Both the position numbers and the translations under genes were made by a program. The notes below the pieces were generated by a model that worked only from the letters and a program-made list of their open reading frames with translations, ran no database searches and was not told where the DNA came from. Positions 38,156-50,347 of a stretch of 64,000 nt of DNA are shown here, piece after piece; the stretch's first letter is position 1, and each line of letters opens with the position of its first letter. Location: NCBI GenBank assembly GCA_010015585.1, contig ML975153.1; one strand, given 5' to 3'. Origin of the DNA: Eremomyces bilateralis CBS 781.70 (Eukaryota).

Positions 38156-39596
38156 TTTTGCATGGAAGAATCTTTATGTTCGGATCTAGGGCGGAAGGGA
38201 CCCAGTCTCCCAAAGTCCCATGGGAATATGATGTTGCTCTGGCTGAATCGGAAGCCTCCAAAGTGCCTGCGTGTCTATGGTACGCGATTTGCGATGTTGC
38301 CAACACGACGCAACCCGACAATTGCCGTTTCTAACCTTCCTCATTTCGATATCGGTTCTCCGAAACTCCAGGGGAGGGCTTGAGCCGTTGATAGACATGA
38401 AGTGCTTGAACAGCATGCATAATTAAAAGAAGGATTGGAATATTGATTGGTTCAATTGTTGACAAAACCGCGGCTGACATCCGATCCGTGGTTGCATCCA
38501 TGGATGGTTGCGGCACCGCATTAATAATACCTAGCTGGCTGTTAAGGTTGCCTCCTCCGCTACCGCTAATGACTCTCAATTCGGCCAATTAAACAAGACT
38601 TTCGGACATCAAGCGTGAATTCATCATCCTGGTGGGAGTGAAAGCTGGAGGTCGGGTGGTTGAATTTCAGTAATTTATATATTTTTCTTCGGATGACTGA
38701 TAGAATTTAAATTATGCACATAAATCGCTTCTTTCCGAAATTTACGCTAACTTAGTTCTGTATAGGTTTGGTTAGATTAAGTATTGATGCCTTGCGGCCT
38801 TAGGCACCAAATCTGAACTACGTGAAGCTCCTCAAAATCTCACCATCTTAACTCTATCTCCGCCTCCTAATTAGTAAATGAAAACTTGGCATGAAATATT
38901 GCCAGACCTCCGGAAATATTTCATGAAAATTACAGGCACAATAGATTTCATTGAAATCTTTCACCCACCCTAGCTGGAGGATGTTAGGTACTCATGGACA
39001 ATCCTCTTTCTTCATAGCGGAGGTGAGATGTATCAGCCTGTTATCAACATAGATACCGAATTCTGAGGACTGCATTAATAGCTCCTGGCTTTATACTGTA
39101 GTAACATTGCAGTTAATTCAAGTTAATTCAAGTTTCGGCTGCAAAATTCAATCAAACTGTGGATGATTTATGAAGTTTGTCAGCCCAGCCGGACAACGAA
39201 CTTAGTCAGAGTTGACTTTATTGCGCCACTTTTCAGTCCCCATATGGCGCAGTCCAGATGTGGCGCAATTTGCCGGTCACAGCCACAGCCCTGGACACAG
39301 TGGAGGTCTGGCCTATCAATCACGATTTCAATCTCAGTTCGATGTTTGCGTTTCAGATTATGGCACATGGGAACATCAGAAGTTGACACCACCGGACAAA
39401 CTTAGAGACCTGATCGACTGAAAGTGTGCAATCCAGCCTCATACATCCACTTCTTAGATGCACTGAAGAAAGAGGCAGACTGAATTTGAGACTACCATCC
39501 ATTCAACTCCCCGCCGACCTCAGCAACCCACAATCCGAAGTCTACCTGGAATATCTAGCCATTGTACCGGCCTATACCTACTTATTCGCCGCCAGG

Positions 39597-40525
39597 ATGG
39601 ATATTCGAATCCTTAGGCCGTCTGATATCCCCCACGTTCAACAGGCCAATCTTACAAATCTCCCCGAGAACTACTTTTGCAAATACTACCTCTACCACGC
39701 GCTCTCATGGCCACAATTGTCATATGTCGCTGTGGATGTAAGTGTACAACCCTAATCAGACGGTCCAACCTGGATAGATATGACACAGTGCAACTCACTC
39801 TACTCTCAGGTCTCCAGACCCCAGAAGTCGCCATATGACCCTCCAAAAATCGTTGGGTATGTGCTAGCGAAGATGGAGGAAGAGCCCACCGATGGTGTGC
39901 AACATGGCCACATCACCAGCCTGAGCGTGATGCGGACTCATCGGAGATTGGGATTGGCAGAAAAAATGATGAGACAGAGCCGTAAGTCCTTGGAATTTTC
40001 GCACCTGGATGCACAGTTATCCCTCCACCCTGCGATTCATGGTTCAGACCCTTTATGTGCACATCACAATATAACTGTTTCTTATTGGGTACTTCGTTCT
40101 GACTATGAAATACAACCATGTAACTGGGTTAGCGAATGTTGATCTAACTTGGAGTAGAACGGGCCATGGCAGAGACATACGACGCTCAATATGTGTCCCT
40201 ACACGTACGTGTCTCAAACGCCGCTGCGCTGGGTCTGTATCGAGACACACTGGGTTTCAACGTCGAAAAAATCGAAGCCAAGTACTACGCAGATGGCGAG
40301 GATGCGTACAGCATGCGCATGGATCTGAACAACCTGCGGAGACCTGTATTGGACGACTCAGCCTCCGAGGGAGAGGCAGAGGACGAGGGTGGGCCAGTCG
40401 GTAGTGCGGGAAAGAAAGGCGACGGACCCGCAGCTGGCAAGGATAAGTTGAGGAAGGTCAAGGTGGGCAGAGCATTGGGTGTGGGAAATTTGGTTGAACG
40501 GGTCGAGGGCTCGAAGGCCGCTTGA
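39597..40525 (+). CDS. ARD1: N-terminal acetyltransferase A catalytic subunit Ard1/Naa10 (introns 39738-39809, 39982-40157)
   Basis: [75 protein letters not shown]. Confidence 0.96.
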
Positions 40526-41014
40526 AAATGGTGTAGTTAGTCAAGAACCGCTGACTGTCCGATTGAGGTCATGAGGACAAAGCACTCTAAGCATTTAGAT
40601 CATTAGATTGGCCTAGCGAACGCCCCGAATCAACATGATACTTCCATCCACTAGTATGTGAAGGAAACCATTCAGGGGACGTCGGGTTTCTGCGTCAACA
40701 TAGGCCTAGAAAGTCAGAACGCCTCGTTTAACGCCGTCAATTCTAGCTTCCGTGAACAGCGAGCAATTGGCATGTCACTCCTCTCATATCAATTTCTGGG
40801 GGTTGGGCGTATTCACCCAGCCTATTCAACTCGTGACATCGCACTTCCCTCTACGGCGTTGGGTTGACGTCACCACACTGTTGTTGACCTAAGGTAAGGC
40901 AGTCCATGTCGGCTGCGATCGAAATAGTATTGCAAACTACCTTTGACTTGACTGTTCCGAAAATAGGAGAATGAGTCGAGATTGAAGGTCGAGATTGTTG
41001 GGACAGTCGACCAA

Positions 41015-42274
41015 TTAATTGCGGCCGCCAAAGAAAACCCAGTTCAGCGCTGAAAACATCCATTGATAGAACCACGACATCCATCCGGTGGAATGGGCAA
41101 CGCCGATGCTCCACCGGCTTTGCTTCAAGATGCCCGCAGCGCGAGGTATTGCTCGCTTGTCGAATTCTGCGACGGCTTCCTCGAGGTTTTCATATGCGCA
41201 AAATTGCTCTGCGAGCGTGAAAACATCATGAAGCGCAAGGTTTGCACCCGCGCCGGCAAAAGGAGAAACCGCATGGAGCGCATCCCCGAGGAAGATGGCA
41301 GGAAAGTCTCTTACCGCATTCCCTTGTTCAAACGGAGTCTTGTCCATTGCATTGAACTTTATAATCGAAGTCTTGTCGGTATTTTGGATAATCTCCTGGA
41401 ATGGCTCACGAAAGTAACTTCCCTTCTCCTGCACCAGGCGAATGAGGTCGTTGGCCTCCTCCTCGTTCATCGGTTGTTTTTTCGCGGGTTCAGGAGTAGC
41501 TGTTCGCCAACTCACGTTCCAGGATGCTCGAGTCTCGTCCTGCGGAGAGACAAACACACTGATTCCAGTCCCATTAAGAACGAGACCCCAGTCTTTATCG
41601 GCCGGGGGTGGAATCTGTCCGTCCGTGAAAACGGACGCTGCAGCAATACAAGTTACTCCTGCGTAGTCCAGCGTATCCTGTGGCCGGAGCTGGGACCTGA
41701 TTTTGCTGGAGCTGCCATCCGCCGCAACAAGGACATCGCAGGATGCTATATTGCCATCGCTGAGATGGACATTGAGCGGCATGTCCGTACCTCGTTCGAC
41801 AGACACGCAGGAAACTCCCCAAACGATCTGGTCATTTGGATCGACTGCGTCGATGAGAACGCTCCTCATGTTCTTACGAGAGATTCGTAAGCCCTCGACA
41901 GGCAGGTCTTTCCTTTCTCGTCCCGAAACCGCGATCAGGGTTTGCCAATCATTGTTCCATACATGGAACGTGCCTTGTTCTCCCTGTTGCCCAGTGATGC
42001 TTGCCTGAAGCATCTGATCCACGATCCCCATCTCTTTTAGCGCCGTCATTCCATCGCTTACTCCATCGCTACGCAGCGAAAGAGAGTATCCTTCACGACC
42101 CATGACATCGGCATGGGTCTCCCGTTCGTATATGATGATCCTGGGCGGTTTAGGGTCGCCGGGTAGGGATGGCCATAGTTTTCGGAGAGAGATAGCAAAC
42201 GCAAGACCCGAGACCCCCGCACCCGCTATGAGTATCGTTTTGTTTGCGACATAGGGAGTGATGTTTGGTGCCAT
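41015..42274 (-). CDS. FAD-dependent monooxygenase (UbiH/salicylate hydroxylase-like), intronless
   Basis: Rossmann IAGAGVSGL, DG motif LVAADGSSSKIR, GD motif FLGDALHAVSPFAGAGANLALHD. Confidence 0.9.
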   Translation of the reverse strand: MAPNITPYVANKTILIAGAGVSGLAFAISLRKLWPSLPGDPKPPRIIIYERETHADVMGREGYSLSLRSDGVSDGMTALKEMGIVDQMLQASITGQQGEQGTFHVWNNDWQTLIAVSGRERKDLPVEGLRISRKNMRSVLIDAVDPNDQIVWGVSCVSVERGTDMPLNVHLSDGNIASCDVLVAADGSSSKIRSQLRPQDTLDYAGVTCIAAASVFTDGQIPPPADKDWGLVLNGTGISVFVSPQDETRASWNVSWRTATPEPAKKQPMNEEEANDLIRLVQEKGSYFREPFQEIIQNTDKTSIIKFNAMDKTPFEQGNAVRDFPAIFLGDALHAVSPFAGAGANLALHDVFTLAEQFCAYENLEEAVAEFDKRAIPRAAGILKQSRWSIGVAHSTGWMSWFYQWMFSALNWVFFGGRN

Positions 42275-43212
42275 GGAGGGCAATAAGAGATGTCTATGAA
42301 TTTGCGGATGTTGGGCAAAATGAAAGGGGCGAATGACAAACTATGAGGATCTGTCTGTATTTGGACTGTGGAGGTTTGTGTCGCGTGAAACGTTAGCAGA
42401 CGTACCGATGAGAGGCATGTATTGCCGAAGGAAGTCATTTCAAAAGCTTTTAAATATTATAGCGAACTGGAAAGCAAGGGATGTGTATCTCCGACGCGTT
42501 TTGGTCGAGGAGGGGTAATATCGTATTGACGTGTCGTTGCCGCGTGGACCTTGATGTGTTTTACGAGCCCTGACTCTTTGACTTCCAACTTCCAATGTCA
42601 ATACAAATTGAACTATTCATGAGGACGCGATGGATTGGATGGCGTTGATGATAAGCGCCTTTCCAGGATCCCCCGTCATCGATACGAGAGGTGGCTTCCC
42701 CTCACTGAGGCTTGAGCTTTGAGTGAAGTGTGAACGACTGCTCTGCATACTCCTTCATAAATGTCATGAAGATGATTTGATCCTCCTGTTAGCCAGCAGA
42801 ATGATGCTGTCCAGATTCCAGTAAAGGAAAATGGGATGTGAACCTTGCAAGATTAATATCCCGAGCAGCTCGTGGTAGTGGCTCGTTCGGGCGCTAATCT
42901 AATCCCTATCCTCTTTAATTCGTAATACTCGTACTTCAAAGAAAAGGCGCGTAAGCATCGGAGAGAAAGACTGGACGAACAGTCATCACCCATCACGACT
43001 CAAGAAGGTGATGCTAACATGAAGCATTTGAAATTTGAACGCATTAACTACTAGATATGAGGCCAAGCTGTTGTTTCCCACGACCCGTTACGCCGAAGAA
43101 CATGTTACATATTGCCTGCGCCGGCTCGTTCAACGAAAAAATTACTCCGCAAATAGGCATCCTCTATCATTCACAACTCTCCTTCGCTCCCTTTCGTGAG
43201 ATCTGGGAACTG

Positions 43213-44479
43213 TCAAACAATCCGAGACACATCATCGGTCGCCTTCGATGTTTCTTGGGTGAGCTCCTTTTCGGAAGCTGGTGGCTCACTTGTTGGCTTT
43301 TCCTTGCACAAACCAAAAGCCTTTGCAAGGAGACCATTGGAACCGCCGAGGTGGAAAGGATCAACCACTTGTAAATACCAAGGGCGCGCGAATTTCTGGC
43401 GAGAACGCTCTCTCCTCGTATATTCTTCTAGTTCGGTGCCATCAAGCTCCCAAAACTTGGTCTTTTGATCTCTCTTAGTAACCAGACCATAGACGTCGAA
43501 TGGATCGAAAAATGTTACCCAGAAGGGGCGGGTATCGTTCCATCCAGGTCCGCGGAGCTCTGTCTTGCCATCCTTCGAGAGGAACGTATGATTTGATTTC
43601 GGAAGTCGTTTGCCGGGATGCCAAATGTTCATTATAAAAGTATTAACCAACATGAAGGCGCCATCAAAGACCCAGAAGTAGGTCTCATTGGTGTATAGCT
43701 CGCCTTCCCAACCCTGGAAGTACTCGGCGATCCGATAAATGCATCTTGCCGTGACGATGGCACAGGAGACATAGATAATAATCAAAACGGTCCGTAGCTT
43801 CGAGTTGAGCACATTGATCTTGAGTGCCTTGCGATGGAAGTCCGCCACGAATAAAATGAAGACAAAGAACATGACCGCCTGGGTGATGAGGCCTGCCCTG
43901 ATCATGTTTGAGCCCACAGTTCTTTGGGCATCGGTCAGAGACGAGTTGGTGACTCGAACTACACCATTTACCGTTATAATTTCCACAATTCCATCGATGG
44001 CGAGGAACGTCGTCACTACCCGGCCGGGATGGATGGAAGAGAGGTAAGGGACGTAAAACAAGACTCGCGAAAAGATCAGGTAATTGATCGCAGCGTAGAC
44101 GGGAGGCCCCTGGGTCCATTAGCTATTTGGCTCAAGAACTTCGCATTGGGGTTCTTACCGACATGACTAGCACATTACTAGCAATGAGGATTCCAAGGTC
44201 TGAGATATGGTATGCTCCAACTTCTCTCGTCACCATGCCAGTGCACAGGAGGAGCGCAGCCCAGGGCATGAGGAGCGTAACACGCCATGATTTGTACCGT
44301 CTGTCAAGAAGATCAATTAAGCGGGACTAACGAGAGGAGTGAAGTCCTTACATTGTCTGATATCCATGCCAGATGCCTGAAATCGCGAAGAGGACGGAAA
44401 ACACAATCGGGGCTATTTTATTGGGTTGATAAAACCACTTGCTGCCTTCCTGATATCGCGACCAATTTGGTTCCGACAT
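43213..44479 (-). CDS. RTA1-like (lipid-translocating exporter family) membrane protein, multi-exon
   Basis: Start MSEPNWSRYQEGSKWFYQPNKIAPIVF; GPPVYAAINYLIFSRVLFYVPY, RCIYRIAEYFQG, NETYFWVFDG, WHPG. Confidence 0.88.
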
Positions 44480-45297
44480 ATTGAAGCCTGAAGGAAATTA
44501 ATTGGACTGGAGAGACTTTAGAATGATAAAGGCTAAATGGGCATGGTCTTTCAAAAGGACAATGAACTTGAACGGCAATAGGACATATTAAATAAGTACA
44601 AGGCCACGGCAAGGCAAATCCATAAGTAGATATCGCTGTGTCGAACAGCCATAAAGTCAGCCTGAACGTTCGGCCTGCCCGATCCCTGCTTGATAGTCGC
44701 AGATCTGTTGGCTGAGTTCCAAACCAACTGCCTAGGCCACAAATTGGCAGCATCGCGAGCGCTGAGCACGAGCACTGAGTAGAGACGCGAGATTTCCGAT
44801 GTCACTTTGGCAGGACCGCCTGGACAGTTTATTACTGGTATATGGCGATCAATCGCCATTCGACAATGATGGTGCACCAATCATCCTAATTAGTAGTGAC
44901 GAAAGAAATGAGAAAAGAGGATAATAGCCAAGCCTCATTGGATAATGGATAGGCCAGGCGGGAAGAAAACTGGCAAGGCTCCCACGAGGCAGGGAGAACC
45001 AAAAGAATGTCATACGTGGCTGGACATGACATATTGGCGGTGGAACAACCGATCAACGAGCCATGCTCCTCCTGTTCCGGAAGGACTAGCGAGATCCTGC
45101 TATTGCAATAATTGATAAATCATAAATGCGACCACCGCGACATCAAGTCGATGGCGACAATTCTTCACTATTAAGGAAAGATACAGATCTCTCTAGACGT
45201 CTGGAAGGAGTAGGTTCCGGAATAGTTAGAGCCAGCATATGTCATAGTCTCATGGAGTCTTTAAATTCCATTGTCACTTATAGTCTCTACGTGTCCA

Positions 45298-45365
45298 GTT
45301 GTAGGTGAGTTGTAAATTGTAAGTTGTAGTTGCAAGCTGCAAGTCGCAAGTCGCAAGTCGCAAGG
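45298..45365. repeat. Degenerate 7-nt repeat grading from GTTGTAA to GTCGCAA
   Basis: gttgtaggtgagttgtaaattgtaagttgtagttgcaagctgcaagtcgcaagtcgcaagtcgcaag, in the RTA1/TRS130 divergent intergenic region. Confidence 0.7.
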
Positions 45366-45587
45366 TGTGGTTGGAAACGGGTTAGCGCCGTTCAGGACCC
45401 CTTTAGCTGCAACTTTCTCCTGTCGACTGTCGACGACGAGTTCGAGGCACTCTCAACATAGTATTATTCCGCACCCCATACTCCGTTACAGATACACGAC
45501 TGTTCAACAAATGCATCACGTTCGGAATGCTGCGGAGAAATGAGTCATTTCAAAGTACCTAGATGATTGGACTTTTCGTGCGGCATC

Positions 45588-48500
45588 ATGGAGCCCTCAG
45601 CAAGCTCCAAAGTGACTGGTTAGTGTGGGCATTCCCAAGGCAGACCCAGCAGTTCGCTAACCACGGCTTACCCCATGGAATAGTTGAATATCACGACCCA
45701 TCTGGTGTCTTTCCCCTGATTGCTTCACAGCTCCAATCTCGCTTGCCTCTTCGAAATTTGCATTGGAAGGCACCCACAAGGCCGCTTAGGTCCATAGAAA
45801 CTTTGCACATTGACTTTGTCCCTGCTCCTGATATCATTGAATCTGCCCGACCCGTAAGTGTTGGCCCAAGGGCAACCAATAGCGGCGATAATGGGTCGCG
45901 CAGCTCGTCGCGGCCGCCATCGCGAAGCAGAAGCGATGCCTTGAACTCCGACGGACCGAGATTTCCAGTCCGTGAGAGGAGACACCAAATCCCCGGTCTA
46001 CGGCAGACCCCATATCTGAAAATCTTGCTGTTTCGTTGCGATGACCCCGAGACTTACAAAGTGGCCGCCCGAAAGCAACTTCGAGAATGGGTGAGATCCC
46101 ACACTCCGCCGTCCCAATCCTCTTCCGGATCCGCCAGCGGCCAAGAGAACCACGATGCTTTTGAATGGCTTATCATCCATGTTGTGGTTCCCGATACGGT
46201 AGCCTCTCTTCAACCTCGATCAAGCGGTTCGTCGAGTAGCAGTGCAGCCGCCGGATCAGAGAGAGCCGGCGGGACTTCGAAGTGGCCTGGAAGGGGTTCA
46301 AGTACCATCTTCGAGAAAGTTCGACAAGATTTCAATGCCTCAAGCAAATCTGCCCCAGACCGCGTCGCTCAAATCAGAGTCCAAAAGAATGAGCTGCCGG
46401 CCGATTTTCCTTTGCCATCTACGGCCTTGAGCCCTGCATCGACCCCTTATGGAGACGGCCCACAAGAGCAACTGAACTCCTGGAACGATGTTATCGCTAA
46501 ATTGAAGAGCCTTATCTTACTGTCGTTTGATCAGCGCGTAAGCCAATACGAAGAGGACATTCGCGAGAAAGATTCTCAGCGTGCCTTACCGGGCTGGAAT
46601 TTCTGCACCTTCTTTGTGCTCAAAGAGGGCTTGGCCCGAGGATTCGAGAATGTTGGTCTCGTGGAAGATGCATTGGTGGGATACGATGAACTTGCTATTG
46701 GCCTTGACACGATCCTTCGTGACCAGTCTTCAGGTGGTTTAGAAGGCCATGGAGGGATATTACTTGACTACACAGAGGATCTGCAGCACCAACTATTGAA
46801 AGCGCAAGCCCAGGCACAATCGGCGGAGGATCCCTCGACGTCCTCGCATACGCAGATCGACTTGTTCAACCAATTCTTGGAACGGCCGATCGAGTCGTCT
46901 CGCAAGGATTACAGGGACTTGATCATGTCAAACAACGTCTCGGTGTATGAGTTCAGATGTTATATTTTCGCTCGACAGATGGCTCTACTTCTTCGGATGG
47001 GCAAAACAACCACATCTTCAGCCGGGCCTGAGACCGATGATCTTATAATTTTAGCAGAGCTTTGCCGAAGGGCCGTGGCGTTCATCACAAACCTCGCCAG
47101 AATTGTGAGAGCAGACCTCTTGACAGGGTAAGTCAATGGAATCTCCCGTGAAGTTCTCGCCGCTAACAGTTGGATTAGATCCGAGTCGATCCCAAACTCT
47201 AGGTCGTCTGTGGAAGGACTTGTTGAGCATCTTACGGCATCTTGGATCCATGCAACCGCATCCCAAATACTCGCCGTAACTGGGAGCTCAGCCTTGCCAT
47301 TTACATTGAACAACTCCTTACCGACAAATCCGCCAATGGACGGGAAGTCTAACCCTTCCGAAGCGAGAACAGCAGTGCATCCTTCACGGGCGAGCTCGCT
47401 CGTCCATCGCCGCTCGTCCGCACAATTTTCCGGCGGGGAGCCACCATATGCTTCCACACCAGCAACTAGTCAAGTGATATTTGATCAGCAGCAATCACTT
47501 CAGACATCCGCACCAAGAATTCCTGCTAGAGGCCCCGAGGGACTCAAATCAGGTCTGGAAGACTACTCTGCATCTCGAGGAGAGCTAGTTCTCTTGCAAC
47601 GTCGCACACTTGAGGAAATTGGAGAGAACAAGGATTGGTTTGTCGGGTGGAGATCTAAACTTCTCAACCAGGGCAGGTCATTGGACGATGTCGACCTTGA
47701 TGACGATAGTCAACAGGACGAGAAATCGATCAAAAGCACTGATCAAGGGATCGGGCTCGCTGGGTTATATTTTCCCTCACTGGCGAAGGCTATGCGGTCA
47801 CTTTCAGACTTCCGAGAGTTGTATGAGAGTCTCAGCTATTACTCGCTGAAACACTTCCACACCGCTGCTCGCGTTCAGTCTGCGGAACGGATCATGGGTG
47901 ATTTGGCGATACTGAAATTTGAACTGGGTGACTATGCTGGTGCGGCAGTCTACTTCAGCAGAGCAAGCCCATTATACGCACAGTCGAGGTGGGGATTTGT
48001 TGAAACAGCGATGCTAAAGTTGCATGTCCAATGCTTAAAGAAGCTCCATCGAAAAGATGAGTATATCAGGGTCCTCTTCCGTCTCCTTGCAAAGGCTGCC
48101 GCCTCTGAGAAAGCTCGCTTGCTCCCTCGACCTAAGCTCAAGCCACACACCTCGAGTTTGGACAATGCGGAGGTCGTTGCTAGCACGATCCAAGCGACAT
48201 GGCTTGATGATGACTTGGTCGATACGCAAGGCTATTTGGCTGAGCTTGTCTCCTTTTCAGATGAGCTTCCATATGATGTCACCGTTCCCATGGCACATTA
48301 TTTTGCAGATATCACGGTAATACCAACCATACGACACTTCGAAGACAAGGACGGGTTCGAGCTGCAAGTACGGGTTCGACACGTTCTCTCCGATGATGTG
48401 TCTATTCAAGAGGCCAAAGTTTTATTAAAAGCTTCAGGCCAACGGCAAGTTCCAGACATCTGGCTGACCAGTCGACAACCAACCACTGTCCGGAAAGGCC

Positions 48501-50347
48501 TTCAATCGATAATGGTTGAATCGCATATCAATACATTTGGAGACTATACCATTGATCAGGTATTGCTGAAGTCGAATAAGGTTGTCTTTGTGCATGAAAC
48601 GGGCAGCAAAGAATCCGCATCCGCGCCTTTGGATCCGCCACTATCAACATCTGGCCATTTACATTCATCCAGGAGACTCCGAGTTCGGTCCTACGGTCAC
48701 GCAGATGCATTGGACGCCAACCTATCACTCTCCGACTTCATCCATATCGACAAGACGAGAAGCATTGATCTTGCCATTTCAACCCGGCGGAACGAAGTCT
48801 CGACTGCCGTGATTAGACTAAAGGCAGGGACAGCCGGATTGAGAATCCATACCAGCGATTGTTCGATCCTTCAAGGACCCGGCAGACTCGGCGATGTCAA
48901 TCGGTCGGGGATCATTGAAGTATCCGATATTCCCTCTGGAGGTGTGACGAAGCTTAAGATCCCGTACGAGCTGGAGGCGAATCCTAAAGATATTGCTGTC
49001 TCCATGGAGATCAGTTATAACACAGCGTATGGTTTGTTCGTGTTCCAAACAGCGTCGTCCTTGCCTGTCGAGCTGCCGCTCGATGTGAATGTGCACGACA
49101 TCTTCAAAGCTTCCTCCCTTTTGTCACGCTTCACGATTCGCACCGCAACCGGTATCCCGCTTCAAGTATTGAACATCAATCTCCAGGGGTCCAAACAATA
49201 CGCCGTACAGCCATCTTCCTGCAAAATCACCCCAATGATAATATTCTCCAAGGAGCCAGCATCGATCCTCTACAAAATCAAGAGGATCGATAAGGGACGT
49301 CCTGACTCTCAGCTCCTTCAAGATCACGGTGTCAAATCTTCACCCATTGTGCTCGAGGTAGACTACAGGCGCCTTGAAGAGGATATTTTTACGTTGGCGG
49401 AATCACAGTTTGAAACGGGACTTGGACAATCTGAACACGCTCGATTTGTCCGGCTTTTGTTGCCGTGGTTCTCGGAATCTTTCAAATCTAGATTAGGAAG
49501 GGCTGACTTCGACAAAATCGCCATGCTAAAGACGATCCCGCTGGGCTCTTTCGACGAGTGGAATTGGTCAGAGGTGGTTGAAGCGCTGCCTGGGGCGATG
49601 ACGCGGAACATCTACGACTGGCTCGAAACATGGCATGAGGTAAGAATACCCTTTGATCTCTACAGGCTTGTTATCTAACCATTATTCTTGCAGGCTAATC
49701 CAACCATTCTGCTACCGCCTGTAAACTCACTAGGCGAGTCCGCATTGCGTACCCGCCGGATTGCCATCACCGTGACGATCCCCCGGATTCCCGTGGTGTG
49801 TACGGCCACCATCGCCCTCAAGCCCAATTGCTCGGACTCTTCATCACCACTCACCTCAAACCAACCACACATCATCCCCATCGGAGCTCCTATTTCCGCC
49901 ACGGTAACCATCACTGCTACCCGCCGATGGGACCCCGCAGCGTCCCCTCTCGCCACCGACCCGATCGCCCTCGTCTTCGAACTCGACGCACACCCCGACA
50001 TCTGGCTAATCGGCGGCTCGCGTCGCTGCGCCTTCACCGTGACGCCCCCTGAAACGGCGACTTTCCCGATCGTGCTCGTGGCATTACGACCCGGCCGTCT
50101 TCTCCTCCCGAGGGTGGAGGTGCGGGCGTCCGGACCGACTGACTCGCAGAGCAGGCCGGCGGGACAGGCGGACGATGTGTCTGGAGAGCCGGAGGTGGTT
50201 GTCGAGACGGACTTTACGGGGGTAGGGGAGGCGGTAGTGGCGATACCGGATGTAGGGGCGACGACGGTCGGGGTGGGGAAGGCGGAGGGGATGCATGGCG
50301 GCGTGTTTCTAGTGGAGACGGAGTCAAGGGAGGCAGGGCTTGCGTAG
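45588..50347 (+). CDS. TRS130: TRAPP II complex subunit Trs130/TRAPPC10 (introns 45619-45683, 47128-47178, 49640-49693)
   Basis: SSKVTVEYHDPSGVF, LPLRNLHWK, RRHQIPGLRQTPYLK, QRALPGWNFCTFFVLKEGLARGFENVGLVEDAL, LPLDVNVHDIFK, WLIGGSRR. All introns join in frame. Confidence 0.92.
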
